Source: a virus
Taxonomy: Duplodnaviria; Caudoviricetes
Length of the DNA: 37,964 bases
Reading direction: 5' to 3' (one strand)
IMG/VR virus record: IMGVR_UViG_3300030372_002441
Span: 1-37,964 of that record
The notes under the pieces are model-generated. The model ran no database searches, was not told the origin of the DNA, and saw only the letters and a program-made list of their open reading frames with translations. Positions 1 to 7,664 of the stretch are shown here, in pieces (within the stretch, counting starts at the first letter, position 1; the number at the start of each line of letters is the position of its first letter). Both the position numbers and the translations under genes were made by a program.

Positions 1-1146
1 GTGCAAGGATTAACTCCTGTAAAAACAGACAGTCTTGGACGTAAATGGATTTCTTGGGTTGATACCAAACAAACAACTTTGCAAGAAATGGATGTTGAGG
101 GCAGATATGTTTTTGTCGGTTTTACTGCAAGTGGCATCATGCCACAAATCGCAACAGCATCAAAAGAGGGATTATTAGAACCTCATAAAATACAAACTGC
201 TCTTGCAGAATCAATTTTAATACCAGACTCTCCAAGTGTCCCAGACTGGGGTTTTGGCTTAGAAATAGCTATATTTGTGCTTTTTGTGGCTCTCTCTTGG
301 CTTGTATTGACTTCTTTTGGGGTAACTTGGGGATTAGGTATAGGTGCTTTTTTGATGCTTTCTGTGGCTTCTGGTGGATATGCAATGATTCAAAAAGGTC
401 TTCTCATTGATGTCTCTTGGACTTTGATCTCTCAATTTATAACCAGTGCAATAGCTTTTTATTTACGCTTTAGAGAACAATACAAACTTAGACAACAAAT
501 CAAGAAACAGTTTGAGCATTATTTAGACCCAAGACAAGTAAAACAACTACAAAACAATCCTGACTTATTGAAACTAGGTGGTGAAAGAAAGTATTGCACG
601 ATGCTCTTTACCGATGTAAGGGGATTTACCTCTTTGTCAGAAACCTTAGAGCCAGAGGACGTAACATTTATTATGAATAAAGCACTTACTGCACAACAAA
701 AAGCAGTCCAAAAAAATGGTGGTATGGTGGATAAATATATAGGTGATGCAATGATGGCTATATTTAATGCACCCCTTGATTTAGAACACCACGAAACCAA
801 AGCACTTGCTTGTGCTATTGATATACAAAACAACATGGAAGAACTTAATAAAGAACTTAAAGCAAAAGGTCTTGCTCCTGTGCAAATTGGTATAGGCATA
901 AACAGTGGAGATGTTTTGCTAGGAAACTGTGGGAGTGAAAATAGATTTGATTACACAGCAATCGGTGATGCAGTTAATGTTGCAGCAAGACTTGAAAGTG
1001 GAACAAAAGATGCAGGAGTGGACTTGTTGATTGGTGAAACTACTGAAAATGCTATAGAATTTGATTTAATACCTTTGAAACCTATAAAGGCAAAAGGTAA
1101 AAAAGAAAAATTACAGGTGTATACATGGGACTCAAGCTCAATCTAA
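1..1146 (+). CDS. Membrane-anchored class III adenylate cyclase, CHASE2-type (5' truncated by window edge)
   Basis: End of a CHASE2-like region (VFVGFTASG..PHKIQ), three hydrophobic helices and a coiled linker, then cyclase motifs LFTDVRGFT, DKYIGDA, GIGINSG, YTAIGDAVNVAARLE; the K and T at the specificity positions indicate ATP as substrate. Confidence 0.9.
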   Translation: MQGLTPVKTDSLGRKWISWVDTKQTTLQEMDVEGRYVFVGFTASGIMPQIATASKEGLLEPHKIQTALAESILIPDSPSVPDWGFGLEIAIFVLFVALSWLVLTSFGVTWGLGIGAFLMLSVASGGYAMIQKGLLIDVSWTLISQFITSAIAFYLRFREQYKLRQQIKKQFEHYLDPRQVKQLQNNPDLLKLGGERKYCTMLFTDVRGFTSLSETLEPEDVTFIMNKALTAQQKAVQKNGGMVDKYIGDAMMAIFNAPLDLEHHETKALACAIDIQNNMEELNKELKAKGLAPVQIGIGINSGDVLLGNCGSENRFDYTAIGDAVNVAARLESGTKDAGVDLLIGETTENAIEFDLIPLKPIKAKGKKEKLQVYTWDSSSI

Positions 1147-1535
1147 TTCTAGGTGGATTACTGCTTTCAAGCATAGCAGGTTCAGCTTGGTATATAGACC
1201 GACTGCAAGATAACATATCCACACTCAAAGCTAATGCTCAAATCTTACAAACACAAATAGCAGAGCAAAACGCCAAGATAAAACAACATTTAGAAAAGCA
1301 ACAAAAAACCCAAGAACAAATCAATACACTTACAGCAAAAAATCAAGAAGCACAAAGAGAGGTCAATAAACTCAAGAACACTTTTGCAAAACATGATCTT
1401 GATAATCTTGCACTTGCCAAACCGAAACTTATAGAAAACATAGTTAACAAAGGCACTAAGAAAGTTAAAGACGAACTTATTGCACTTACAAACCCCAATC
1501 AATTTGATGAAACAAATGAAGAAAATAATACTTAG
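1125..1535 (+). CDS. Inner-membrane spanin (Rz-like)
   Basis: N-terminal TM segment, long coiled coil, overlaps a downstream lipoprotein gene in the lysis region. Confidence 0.7.
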   Translation: MGLKLNLILGGLLLSSIAGSAWYIDRLQDNISTLKANAQILQTQIAEQNAKIKQHLEKQQKTQEQINTLTAKNQEAQREVNKLKNTFAKHDLDNLALAKPKLIENIVNKGTKKVKDELIALTNPNQFDETNEENNT

Positions 1536-1890
1536 TTTTTTTGTTATATCTCTAACAGGATGTACTTCGTTCCCCTTAATACAAAGTAAACCTGTTGAAG
1601 TTGTAACAATCGCAGAGCCGATGCCAATGTATCATCCTCCACTTCCGATGGAAGTTCAATTAGTGGATATTGATTGGGAAATATTAACTCCAGAACTAAT
1701 GCAAGAATATCTCAATCAGGTTGACAGTGGCTCTGCACCTGAAACTGCATACTATTCTTTAACATCTAAAGACTATGAAAATTTATCTATGAATATGGCA
1801 GAAGTTAAAAGATATATAAGAGATACACTTTCAATCATAGAGTTTTATAGAGAATATGATGATGAAAAAAATTCTGATGAAGAAGAATAA
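1516..1890 (+). CDS. Outer-membrane spanin lipoprotein (Rz1-like)
   Basis: Signal peptide MKKIILSFFVISLTG-C with lipobox and Pro-rich stretch; start at 1516 or 1507 rather than 1480. Confidence 0.7.
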   Translation: MKKIILSFFVISLTGCTSFPLIQSKPVEVVTIAEPMPMYHPPLPMEVQLVDIDWEILTPELMQEYLNQVDSGSAPETAYYSLTSKDYENLSMNMAEVKRYIRDTLSIIEFYREYDDEKNSDEEE

Positions 1891-1929
1891 TATGCTAGAC
1901 TTTAGACTTTCAATATAGAGGAGGACGAT

Positions 1930-2094
1930 ATGTTGGGAATGATAGGAGAATGGTTAGGAATAATCACAGGGGTTGTATGTGGAGCATCAATCATCTGTGC
2001 ATTAACACCCACACCCAAAGATGATCAAATGATCGCAAAACTATATAAATTGATTGAGCTTCTTGCTCTTAATATAGGCAAAGCAAAACAATAA
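1930..2094 (+). CDS. Small membrane protein, putative holin (54 aa; not in ORF track)
   Basis: Strong SD GAGGAGG; MLGMIGEWLGIITGVVCGASIICALTPTPKDDQMIAKLYKLIELLALNIGKAKQ has one TM segment and a basic C-terminus; lies in the lysis cassette. Confidence 0.65.
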   Translation: MLGMIGEWLGIITGVVCGASIICALTPTPKDDQMIAKLYKLIELLALNIGKAKQ

Positions 2095-2100
2095 ATTTAT

Positions 2101-2481
2101 ATGTCAGCATCAGTTGAGCCATTTGTTTATAATGCAATTTTAGAGAGAGTTGTTGATGGCGATACCATTGATGTAACTCTGGATTTGGGATTCAATGTAT
2201 TTCTGAAAAAACAACGCTGCAGGTTGGCAGGGATAGACACTCCTGAATCCAGAACTAGAGACCTTGCTGAAAAAAAGCTTGGTCTTGAAGCAAAAGCAAG
2301 ACTTACCGAACTTTGTGGTGAGACACTAAAAATAAAATCATTAGGTCGTGGGAAGTTTGGAAGAATCCTTGCAATACCTTACACTAACGATAATGAAGAT
2401 ATTTGCAAAATACTTATCCAAGAAGGTCATGCAGTTGAATACTGGGGTGGCAAGAAAAGTAAAGTCTGGGGAGATTACTAA
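2101..2481 (+). CDS. Thermonuclease (staphylococcal nuclease-like)
   Basis: Motifs RVVDGDTI, RLAGIDTPE, GKFGRILA, LIQEGHA. Confidence 0.85.
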   Translation: MSASVEPFVYNAILERVVDGDTIDVTLDLGFNVFLKKQRCRLAGIDTPESRTRDLAEKKLGLEAKARLTELCGETLKIKSLGRGKFGRILAIPYTNDNEDICKILIQEGHAVEYWGGKKSKVWGDY

Positions 2482-2482
2482 T

Positions 2483-2956
2483 ATGGAAACATCACAAGAA
2501 GGCATAGCATTAATCAAAAAGTTTGAAGGGTGTCCAACAGAAGATGATATGGCAGTAAGCTATCAGTGTGCTGCAAAAAAATGGACTATTGGTTATGGGA
2601 GTCTAAAACTTAAGAACGGAACTCCTGTAAAAGAGGGTGTGAAAATTACCTTACAAGAAGCAGAGGATTTGTTAGCTCACGAACTCAAAACTTATGAAAA
2701 ATATGTAAATACTTATGTTGATGTGCCACTACAACAAAATCAGTTTGACTCAATTGTTTCATGGACATTCAATCTAGGTGGCAATGCATTAGCTACATCA
2801 ACTATGCTCAAGGTCTTAAATAATGGAGTGTATGAAGAAGTTCCACATCAAATGAAGAGATGGAATAAAGTATCTGGAAAAGTTTCTGATGGTTTAATTA
2901 GAAGAAGAGAAGCAGAAGCATTATTATTTGAGGGGAAGGAGTGGCATGAAATCTAA
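2483..2956 (+). CDS. Endolysin, GH24 phage lysozyme
   Basis: IKKFEG...YQC...WTIGYG, NQFDSIVSWTFNLG, RWNK, GLIRRREAE; ATG at 2483 follows the GGGGAG SD (the 2348 start in the track is unlikely). Confidence 0.92.
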   Translation: METSQEGIALIKKFEGCPTEDDMAVSYQCAAKKWTIGYGSLKLKNGTPVKEGVKITLQEAEDLLAHELKTYEKYVNTYVDVPLQQNQFDSIVSWTFNLGGNALATSTMLKVLNNGVYEEVPHQMKRWNKVSGKVSDGLIRRREAEALLFEGKEWHEI

Positions 2957-3213
2957 TGGCACTCAGTAAAACACAAACACGAAAATTAGGAATTTTATTA
3001 GGTATCATGTTTGGTGAAGAGCTAGATGATATCTATATTCAGGAAATGATTGAAGGTGGTTATGTCAAACTTGAAGGGAGGGACTACAAACTTACCGAAG
3101 CAGGTCTATCAGAAAAAAATAGACTTACAACATTGTGTGGTCTAAACATAAAATATTCATCTGAAAGAAAGAAAGATAAATCTTTGGATGCTGAGATCAA
3201 AAAAAGTCTTTAA
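2956..3213 (+). CDS. Hypothetical protein, possibly winged-helix
   Basis: TAATG coupling to the endolysin; MIEGGYV...YKLTEAG resembles a wHTH wing. Confidence 0.55.
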   Translation: MALSKTQTRKLGILLGIMFGEELDDIYIQEMIEGGYVKLEGRDYKLTEAGLSEKNRLTTLCGLNIKYSSERKKDKSLDAEIKKSL

Positions 3214-3295
3214 ATACAAGATAGAACATACTGCCAAAAATACTCATACCTAAAACTGTAAGATAGAAGAAGAATAAATCAATTATGATTTGCAT
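3197..3295 (-). CDS. Putative 32-aa single-pass membrane peptide (not in ORF track)
   Basis: MQIIIDLFFFYLTVLGMSIFGSMFYLVFKDFF; start overlaps the end of the upstream leftward gene and the ORF fills the gap to the convergent gene. Confidence 0.45.
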   Translation of the reverse strand: MQIIIDLFFFYLTVLGMSIFGSMFYLVFKDFF

Positions 3296-3516
3296 GTATG
3301 TCTTGCAATATCTTTAAAAGAAACATCCTCTCCACATTTAGAACAGTAAACCCTGATAGCTTTTCTTTTATCTGTATATTCTGTTTTTACGATACCACCT
3401 TTAAAGGCAGTCTTGATATATTCATTCCTTGCTTCATACCAAGCAATCTTTTTGTTTTCTTCTTCTTGCTCTAGTTTGATTCTTTGAGCAATAACTTTAT
3501 CGGTAAATTCTGTCAA
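3283..3516 (-). CDS. Hypothetical protein with C-terminal zinc-finger-like motif
   Basis: TTG start with GAGGAG SD; CSKC...HTC. Confidence 0.65.
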   Translation of the reverse strand: MTEFTDKVIAQRIKLEQEEENKKIAWYEARNEYIKTAFKGGIVKTEYTDKRKAIRVYCSKCGEDVSFKDIARHTCKS

Positions 3517-3710
3517 TGTAACTCTCCTCTTCTATCACCATACAAAGCTAAGAAAAGTTTTTCTAAATCTTGTATAGATATGTTTGCTCTATGTTCATCA
3601 TAATATAATTTATACAACTCCCTATACTCTAAAGCAAACTTTATAAATGCAGTCATATTATCATCAAAGGATATGTCATCATTATATTCAAATCTTTCTT
3701 GGTAAATCAT
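3513..3710 (-). CDS. Hypothetical protein (paralogue of 3714..3893)
   Basis: Tightly packed in the leftward operon; FEYNDDISF..N and LF..LYG motifs. Confidence 0.7.
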   Translation of the reverse strand: MIYQERFEYNDDISFDDNMTAFIKFALEYRELYKLYYDEHRANISIQDLEKLFLALYGDRRGELH

Positions 3711-3713
3711 TGC

Positions 3714-3893
3714 TTAATTAAAAACACTCTCCTCAAGTATCTTATAACCATACATTTTTTTGAATTGGTTCTGAGCTTCCTCTAGTTCTAAAGATTGCTG
3801 TTGCATTAATTCTTTAGAAATAGTATCTGCCATATACCACCTATCAAAGTTGTTTAAATAACTTATATTATCATCGTAAATAAAATCGTTCAT
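3714..3893 (-). CDS. Hypothetical protein, 59 aa (not in ORF track)
   Basis: ATGA overlap with upstream gene and GGAGG SD; MNDFIYDDNISYLNNFDRWY...QFKKMYGYKILEESVFN. Confidence 0.7.
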   Translation of the reverse strand: MNDFIYDDNISYLNNFDRWYMADTISKELMQQQSLELEEAQNQFKKMYGYKILEESVFN

Positions 3894-4126
3894 TCTTCCT
3901 CCTGTAAAATACCTGCTCTTGTAATTTTAGGATCATATATGTCGCCACTATACATACCAGACCCTCTTATTATTGCAACGCATATTTGGTGCAGATTATT
4001 GACTTCATAAGGTTGTAAATCTAATGGACTTAACCAATCAAAAGTTTTCAAAAATGCCTTACGATGCTTAGATTTAATAACCCAAGTTACTTCTGAATAA
4101 TCATCATCACAAATATATATTTTCAT
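3890..4126 (-). CDS. Hypothetical protein
   Basis: GAGG SD; packed in the leftward operon. Confidence 0.65.
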   Translation of the reverse strand: MKIYICDDDYSEVTWVIKSKHRKAFLKTFDWLSPLDLQPYEVNNLHQICVAIIRGSGMYSGDIYDPKITRAGILQEEE

Positions 4127-4128
4127 TT

Positions 4129-4284
4129 TTACCTCTCTACAACTTGTGTTACAAATTCAACTTTATTGAACTCAGTTTGTGGAATATTATTAGTATCAAG
4201 CCACTCACCGATTTCTTTATTGATGTTTAATCTATCAACAAAAAAGATATTATCTTTATATTTATATTTTAAAAAAGTTCTCAT
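4129..4284 (-). CDS. Hypothetical protein, 51 aa (not in ORF track)
   Basis: ATGA overlap and GGAGGAG SD; MRTFLKYKYKDNIFFVDRL... Confidence 0.6.
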   Translation of the reverse strand: MRTFLKYKYKDNIFFVDRLNINKEIGEWLDTNNIPQTEFNKVEFVTQVVER

Positions 4285-4436
4285 TTCTCCTCCTGTGAAC
4301 TTTGCTTATGTCCACTCTTAACATTATCTAATGCACAATCCAATATGAACTCATCCAACTCTTTAAGTTCTTCTGGTGTAAGTTCATCTGGGTCGTTCAT
4401 ATAGTCCTCAAATTTATTTCTAAATAATCTACTCAT
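4281..4436 (-). CDS. Small acidic hypothetical protein
   Basis: Likely start ATG 4436 (ATGA overlap with the SprT-like gene), MSRLFRNKFEDYMNDPDEL... Confidence 0.6.
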   Translation of the reverse strand: MSRLFRNKFEDYMNDPDELTPEELKELDEFILDCALDNVKSGHKQSSQEEK

Positions 4437-5332
4437 ACTCTTTCCCTCCATGCTTTTCTTGTAGACCAAATCAATGTGTGAAGTTTTGTTTTTTCTATAT
4501 CTGAGTTTGCAAATGTAGAAAATTTCTTTTGGTATTCTTCATGTTTATCAATGACTTTCTGTTTATGAAGATGATTGAACTCCCAAAAATAAAATTTAGC
4601 ATGATGTTCATGGATTAGTTTCAAAGCTCTTTCATACGCTTCTTTCCATGACCATACTGTGTGTTCTCTGTATTCTCTGTCTTCTTCCCAGTCAAGTTCA
4701 TGTTCCAATGTCTTATCGTAGACATCTATTTCAATACCTAGATCACAATATAATGGGTCTTCATCTTTTTCTATATGAAGCCAATCATACTGCTTGAGTA
4801 AATCCATACACTTCTGTTTTGGATGAATTCTTTTCTTTACAACTTTCTTAGGTAAAGGAACAAACTCTTTTGCAACTTGTGGAAAAGGTTTTATTCTTTT
4901 GCTTAGTCTCTTCTTCGCATCTGATCTTTCAAATCCAACAAATCTGATATTTCTCTCATTCAGACTTTTTGCAAGTTCTTTTAAAGTAGGTTGTTCTGGA
5001 TGTAGATAACTCAGAAGCATACAGAAGTTTGAAACAAACTCTGCTCCATGTGCTTCTACTTTCTGTGGCGTAATGATATGAGCATATTCGTGAAGAAGGA
5101 CTTCATAGTTTCTTGCCCATTTGTTTTGAATAGCTATTAGATTTTTACCTCTTGCATAACTTACTCCGTTCTGAATATTTTTGAACTTCAATTCAGTTTT
5201 ACGTTTGAAAATTTTATCAAGTTTTTTAATAACTTCTTTGCACTGTTCTTGTGTCAGATAGCTTGTTTTACAACCCCACGACTGAGAGTTTTCCCAGTTG
5301 TAAACTTTTTGTCTTTGCATGTCTCTAGCCAT
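4433..5332 (-). CDS. SprT-like zinc metalloprotease domain protein
   Basis: VLLHEYAH followed by AHGAEF (HExxH...HG.xF pattern); C-terminal extension unassigned. Confidence 0.7.
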   Translation of the reverse strand: MARDMQRQKVYNWENSQSWGCKTSYLTQEQCKEVIKKLDKIFKRKTELKFKNIQNGVSYARGKNLIAIQNKWARNYEVLLHEYAHIITPQKVEAHGAEFVSNFCMLLSYLHPEQPTLKELAKSLNERNIRFVGFERSDAKKRLSKRIKPFPQVAKEFVPLPKKVVKKRIHPKQKCMDLLKQYDWLHIEKDEDPLYCDLGIEIDVYDKTLEHELDWEEDREYREHTVWSWKEAYERALKLIHEHHAKFYFWEFNHLHKQKVIDKHEEYQKKFSTFANSDIEKTKLHTLIWSTRKAWRERV

Positions 5333-5952
5333 TACAAAACCTCCTGTGCTTTTGTAGGTCTCTTGAAGAAACCAAAGTGTGCATCATCCTTTGATCTTGA
5401 TACAAGTGCATCAAATGAAACTTTTGCACCTTGTAAAGTATCTAGGTCTTTTAGTTTTGATGGAACTGAACCCCAAAGTTTGAAACCTCTTTCATCTTTG
5501 AATAACATTTTAAGACTATCACCCCATTGACTCTCTTCCCACTTAGTACCTAAAACAACTCCTGAGAAATTTTGTCTCTCTTCTGAAGCAGGTATGCTCT
5601 CAACCCATTCAAGGTTTTGCAATTTATCAAACATATCAAATAAGTCTATAGCTAATGTTTGTTGATTAGTGATAGAGTTCTGATGACCATTTTGACCCCA
5701 TTCATTCTGTTGGAACTTAGGGTGTCTTGTATCAAGTTCAATATTAGAATCAGATGCTATTTTTTGAGCTTTAGCTAATGCATCATCAAAATCAGTTGAT
5801 AGGTTTTGAATATGGCTATGGGATACTTGAGGTTGTAAAACACCATCAATTGAAACCCAATCAAGACGTGAGCATCTCAAAGTAAAAAATACATTACATG
5901 AGCTATCGCTATGCCCATGAGATATAAAGAATTTTGGTTTAAAGTTTTTCAA
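5332..5952 (-). CDS. Hypothetical protein with probable C-terminal OB-fold
   Basis: TTG start with AAGGAG SD; beta-rich C-terminus FSGVVLGTK...WG...GFKLWGSVP...FGFFKRP. Confidence 0.65.
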   Translation of the reverse strand: MKNFKPKFFISHGHSDSSCNVFFTLRCSRLDWVSIDGVLQPQVSHSHIQNLSTDFDDALAKAQKIASDSNIELDTRHPKFQQNEWGQNGHQNSITNQQTLAIDLFDMFDKLQNLEWVESIPASEERQNFSGVVLGTKWEESQWGDSLKMLFKDERGFKLWGSVPSKLKDLDTLQGAKVSFDALVSRSKDDAHFGFFKRPTKAQEVL

Positions 5953-5983
5953 TTTTTTCTCCTTTTCAATTAAATATTATTTA

Positions 5984-6024
5984 AGTTTAAGGCTTTTGAG
6001 TGATAAGTCAACCCTTTTTGGGTG
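5984..6024 (-). promoter_or_regulatory. Leftward sigma70-like promoter with overlapping palindrome (copy 1)
   Basis: TTGACT-16-TAAACT on the minus strand; AACCCTTTTTGGGTG at 6010-6024 overlaps the -35. Confidence 0.75.
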
Positions 6025-6039
6025 TTTATTCTAATTTAT

Positions 6040-6426
6040 TTAGAAAGGCAGATCACTGTCAATCTGACCTCTTTCATATAATTCTTTGGCATATTTCTGT
6101 GCTGCATCTTCTTTAAATCCATAATGTTTTAAGAATTTATATTCATCGCCAAACTTAGTATGAAGCTGTGAATGATGAAATTGACATAAAGGAATGACAT
6201 CTGAATCGTTACTTTTTACACCAAATCTTGATGATGTTCCTTTGAAACCATCATTAGGTTTTAGTAAATGGTGTGCCTGAACAACACCCTGACAACTCAT
6301 GTAACCTGCCCTGCTGATAAAACAGGGCAAACTACATACATACATCAGATGCTCCCTATCCTCTATACGTTTTTTAGAAGGGGATATTCTCCCTGTCTTG
6401 TTCAAATTGGTTTTCTTCTTTCTCAT
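6040..6426 (-). CDS. DUF968-like / HNH-related zinc-binding protein
   Basis: HL..V..LPC...C...QAHH...K..D..VIPLCQFHH..LH; start uncertain (6426 chosen, the 6594 start is implausible). Confidence 0.65.
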   Translation of the reverse strand: MRKKKTNLNKTGRISPSKKRIEDREHLMYVCSLPCFISRAGYMSCQGVVQAHHLLKPNDGFKGTSSRFGVKSNDSDVIPLCQFHHSQLHTKFGDEYKFLKHYGFKEDAAQKYAKELYERGQIDSDLPF

Positions 6427-6787
6427 CTTCTTTCGGTTGTAATTGTACACCAGTATAATTTTTACCATACTTGGTCTCATTTGCCCAACCACCAAACTTA
6501 TAAGGATTATTATTGAAAGTGATAGAACCATAAATATCAGGACTGTTTTCCCTCCTTTTATCCTCTGGTTTGTTATGACGTAAAAGACCTGCACTCACCA
6601 CAAGCTCATATTTTTTTGTGCCTTGTCGTTTGTCATAATATTCTAAGATCGCAGAATATCTGTCCTCACCTTCAATTTTTATTTTACCTTTTCGGACAAC
6701 TTTGCAGTTCTCACTTACCAAATCACCATTTGGCTCACTTTCCCAAAGACTGCCTTGCCCTTCTTTCATCTCATATTTGTCATTCAT
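6374..6787 (-). CDS. Putative single-stranded DNA-binding protein
   Basis: Beta-rich body (PDIYGSI..YKFGGW), acidic tail ending ENIPF, located in the recombination module. Confidence 0.6.
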   Translation of the reverse strand: MNDKYEMKEGQGSLWESEPNGDLVSENCKVVRKGKIKIEGEDRYSAILEYYDKRQGTKKYELVVSAGLLRHNKPEDKRRENSPDIYGSITFNNNPYKFGGWANETKYGKNYTGVQLQPKEDEKEENQFEQDRENIPF

Positions 6788-6986
6788 ATTTTCTTTTCTC
6801 CTGTAAAATTTTTAACCATCTTGGCTTTCCTCTTGTGTCATACGAACTTCTGAAATTAAGATTATTATTTTTCAGTTGGTGTATAACATTTTCTTTTAAA
6901 TATTCTTCAGCTTCTTCACTTCTAATCCACCCAAGCTCTTTTGGAACTTCTATTTCTAGTATTGCTGTGTAAGTATTTTTAGTCAT
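6780..6986 (-). CDS. Hypothetical protein
   Basis: GGAGG SD; overlaps both neighbours. Confidence 0.65.
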   Translation of the reverse strand: MTKNTYTAILEIEVPKELGWIRSEEAEEYLKENVIHQLKNNNLNFRSSYDTRGKPRWLKILQEKRKYE

Positions 6987-7293
6987 TAGAACCTCCTATT
7001 CTTCCAATGATATTTTTTTCTGGTTCATATTCTTCAACTTCCCTAATCCATTCTTTGATTTTTACAACTTCTCTAAATACATGATGGAAGCTCTTATCTT
7101 GCATTTTTAAATCTAAGTCTATCCAATCTCTTAATGACTTTGCAGTAACTCCTAATGCTTCTGCCAAACCTGAATTAGTTCTAAATATATTATCTCTTAG
7201 AAAGATCAAATCTTTTTTGAGTCGCATTTCTAGGATAGCTTTTGGAAATACCTTAGTTGCAAGTATATGTCGTTGCTCTGAATACTTACTCAT
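6979..7293 (-). CDS. Helix-turn-helix DNA-binding protein
   Basis: TNSGLAEALGVTAKSLRDW (XRE-like HTH); start at 7293 by TAATG coupling. Confidence 0.7.
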   Translation of the reverse strand: MSKYSEQRHILATKVFPKAILEMRLKKDLIFLRDNIFRTNSGLAEALGVTAKSLRDWIDLDLKMQDKSFHHVFREVVKIKEWIREVEEYEPEKNIIGRIGGSND

Positions 7294-7664
7294 TAGAAAC
7301 TCCAATCATATTTGTGATGTGGTAGATCACGAAGGTCAAGAGAATACTCATAACCTTTACTGCCACTTCTTCTTCTTTTTTTAACCACCTCTCCAGTTGG
7401 AGGTAATTCATAAGACTCACGCATATCTTCATGCCTAATTCTTCTGATTGATGCACTTATAGTTGGTGTGCCATAAAATCGGTGTTTTCTTACATACTCT
7501 TCACTATACCCAGATTCTCTATATGCTTTTTGTATTGCATCTTGTATATCTTGGAATGTAACCCACTTTTGTTTTATAAAAGCATTCTGCAATGTGAGAA
7601 ACACGCAATCAGTCAATGTGTATTTTTGCATACTCTTTTTTTTAATACTATCTGGAACTTTCAT
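7293..7664 (-). CDS. Hypothetical protein, probable winged-helix DNA binder
   Basis: WVTFQDIQ...TPTISASIRRIR...KRRR..GYEY. Confidence 0.55.
   Translation of the reverse strand: MKVPDSIKKKSMQKYTLTDCVFLTLQNAFIKQKWVTFQDIQDAIQKAYRESGYSEEYVRKHRFYGTPTISASIRRIRHEDMRESYELPPTGEVVKKRRRSGSKGYEYSLDLRDLPHHKYDWSF

Noticed and set aside
2348-2482. N-terminal extension of the endolysin as a signal or SAR domain
   Set aside because: It overlaps the thermonuclease gene; the ATG at 2483 has an SD and gives a normal-length GH24 enzyme
7313-7331. TGTGA...TCACG as an E. coli-type CRP site
   Set aside because: Spacer is 9 nt rather than 6 and it lies inside a coding region
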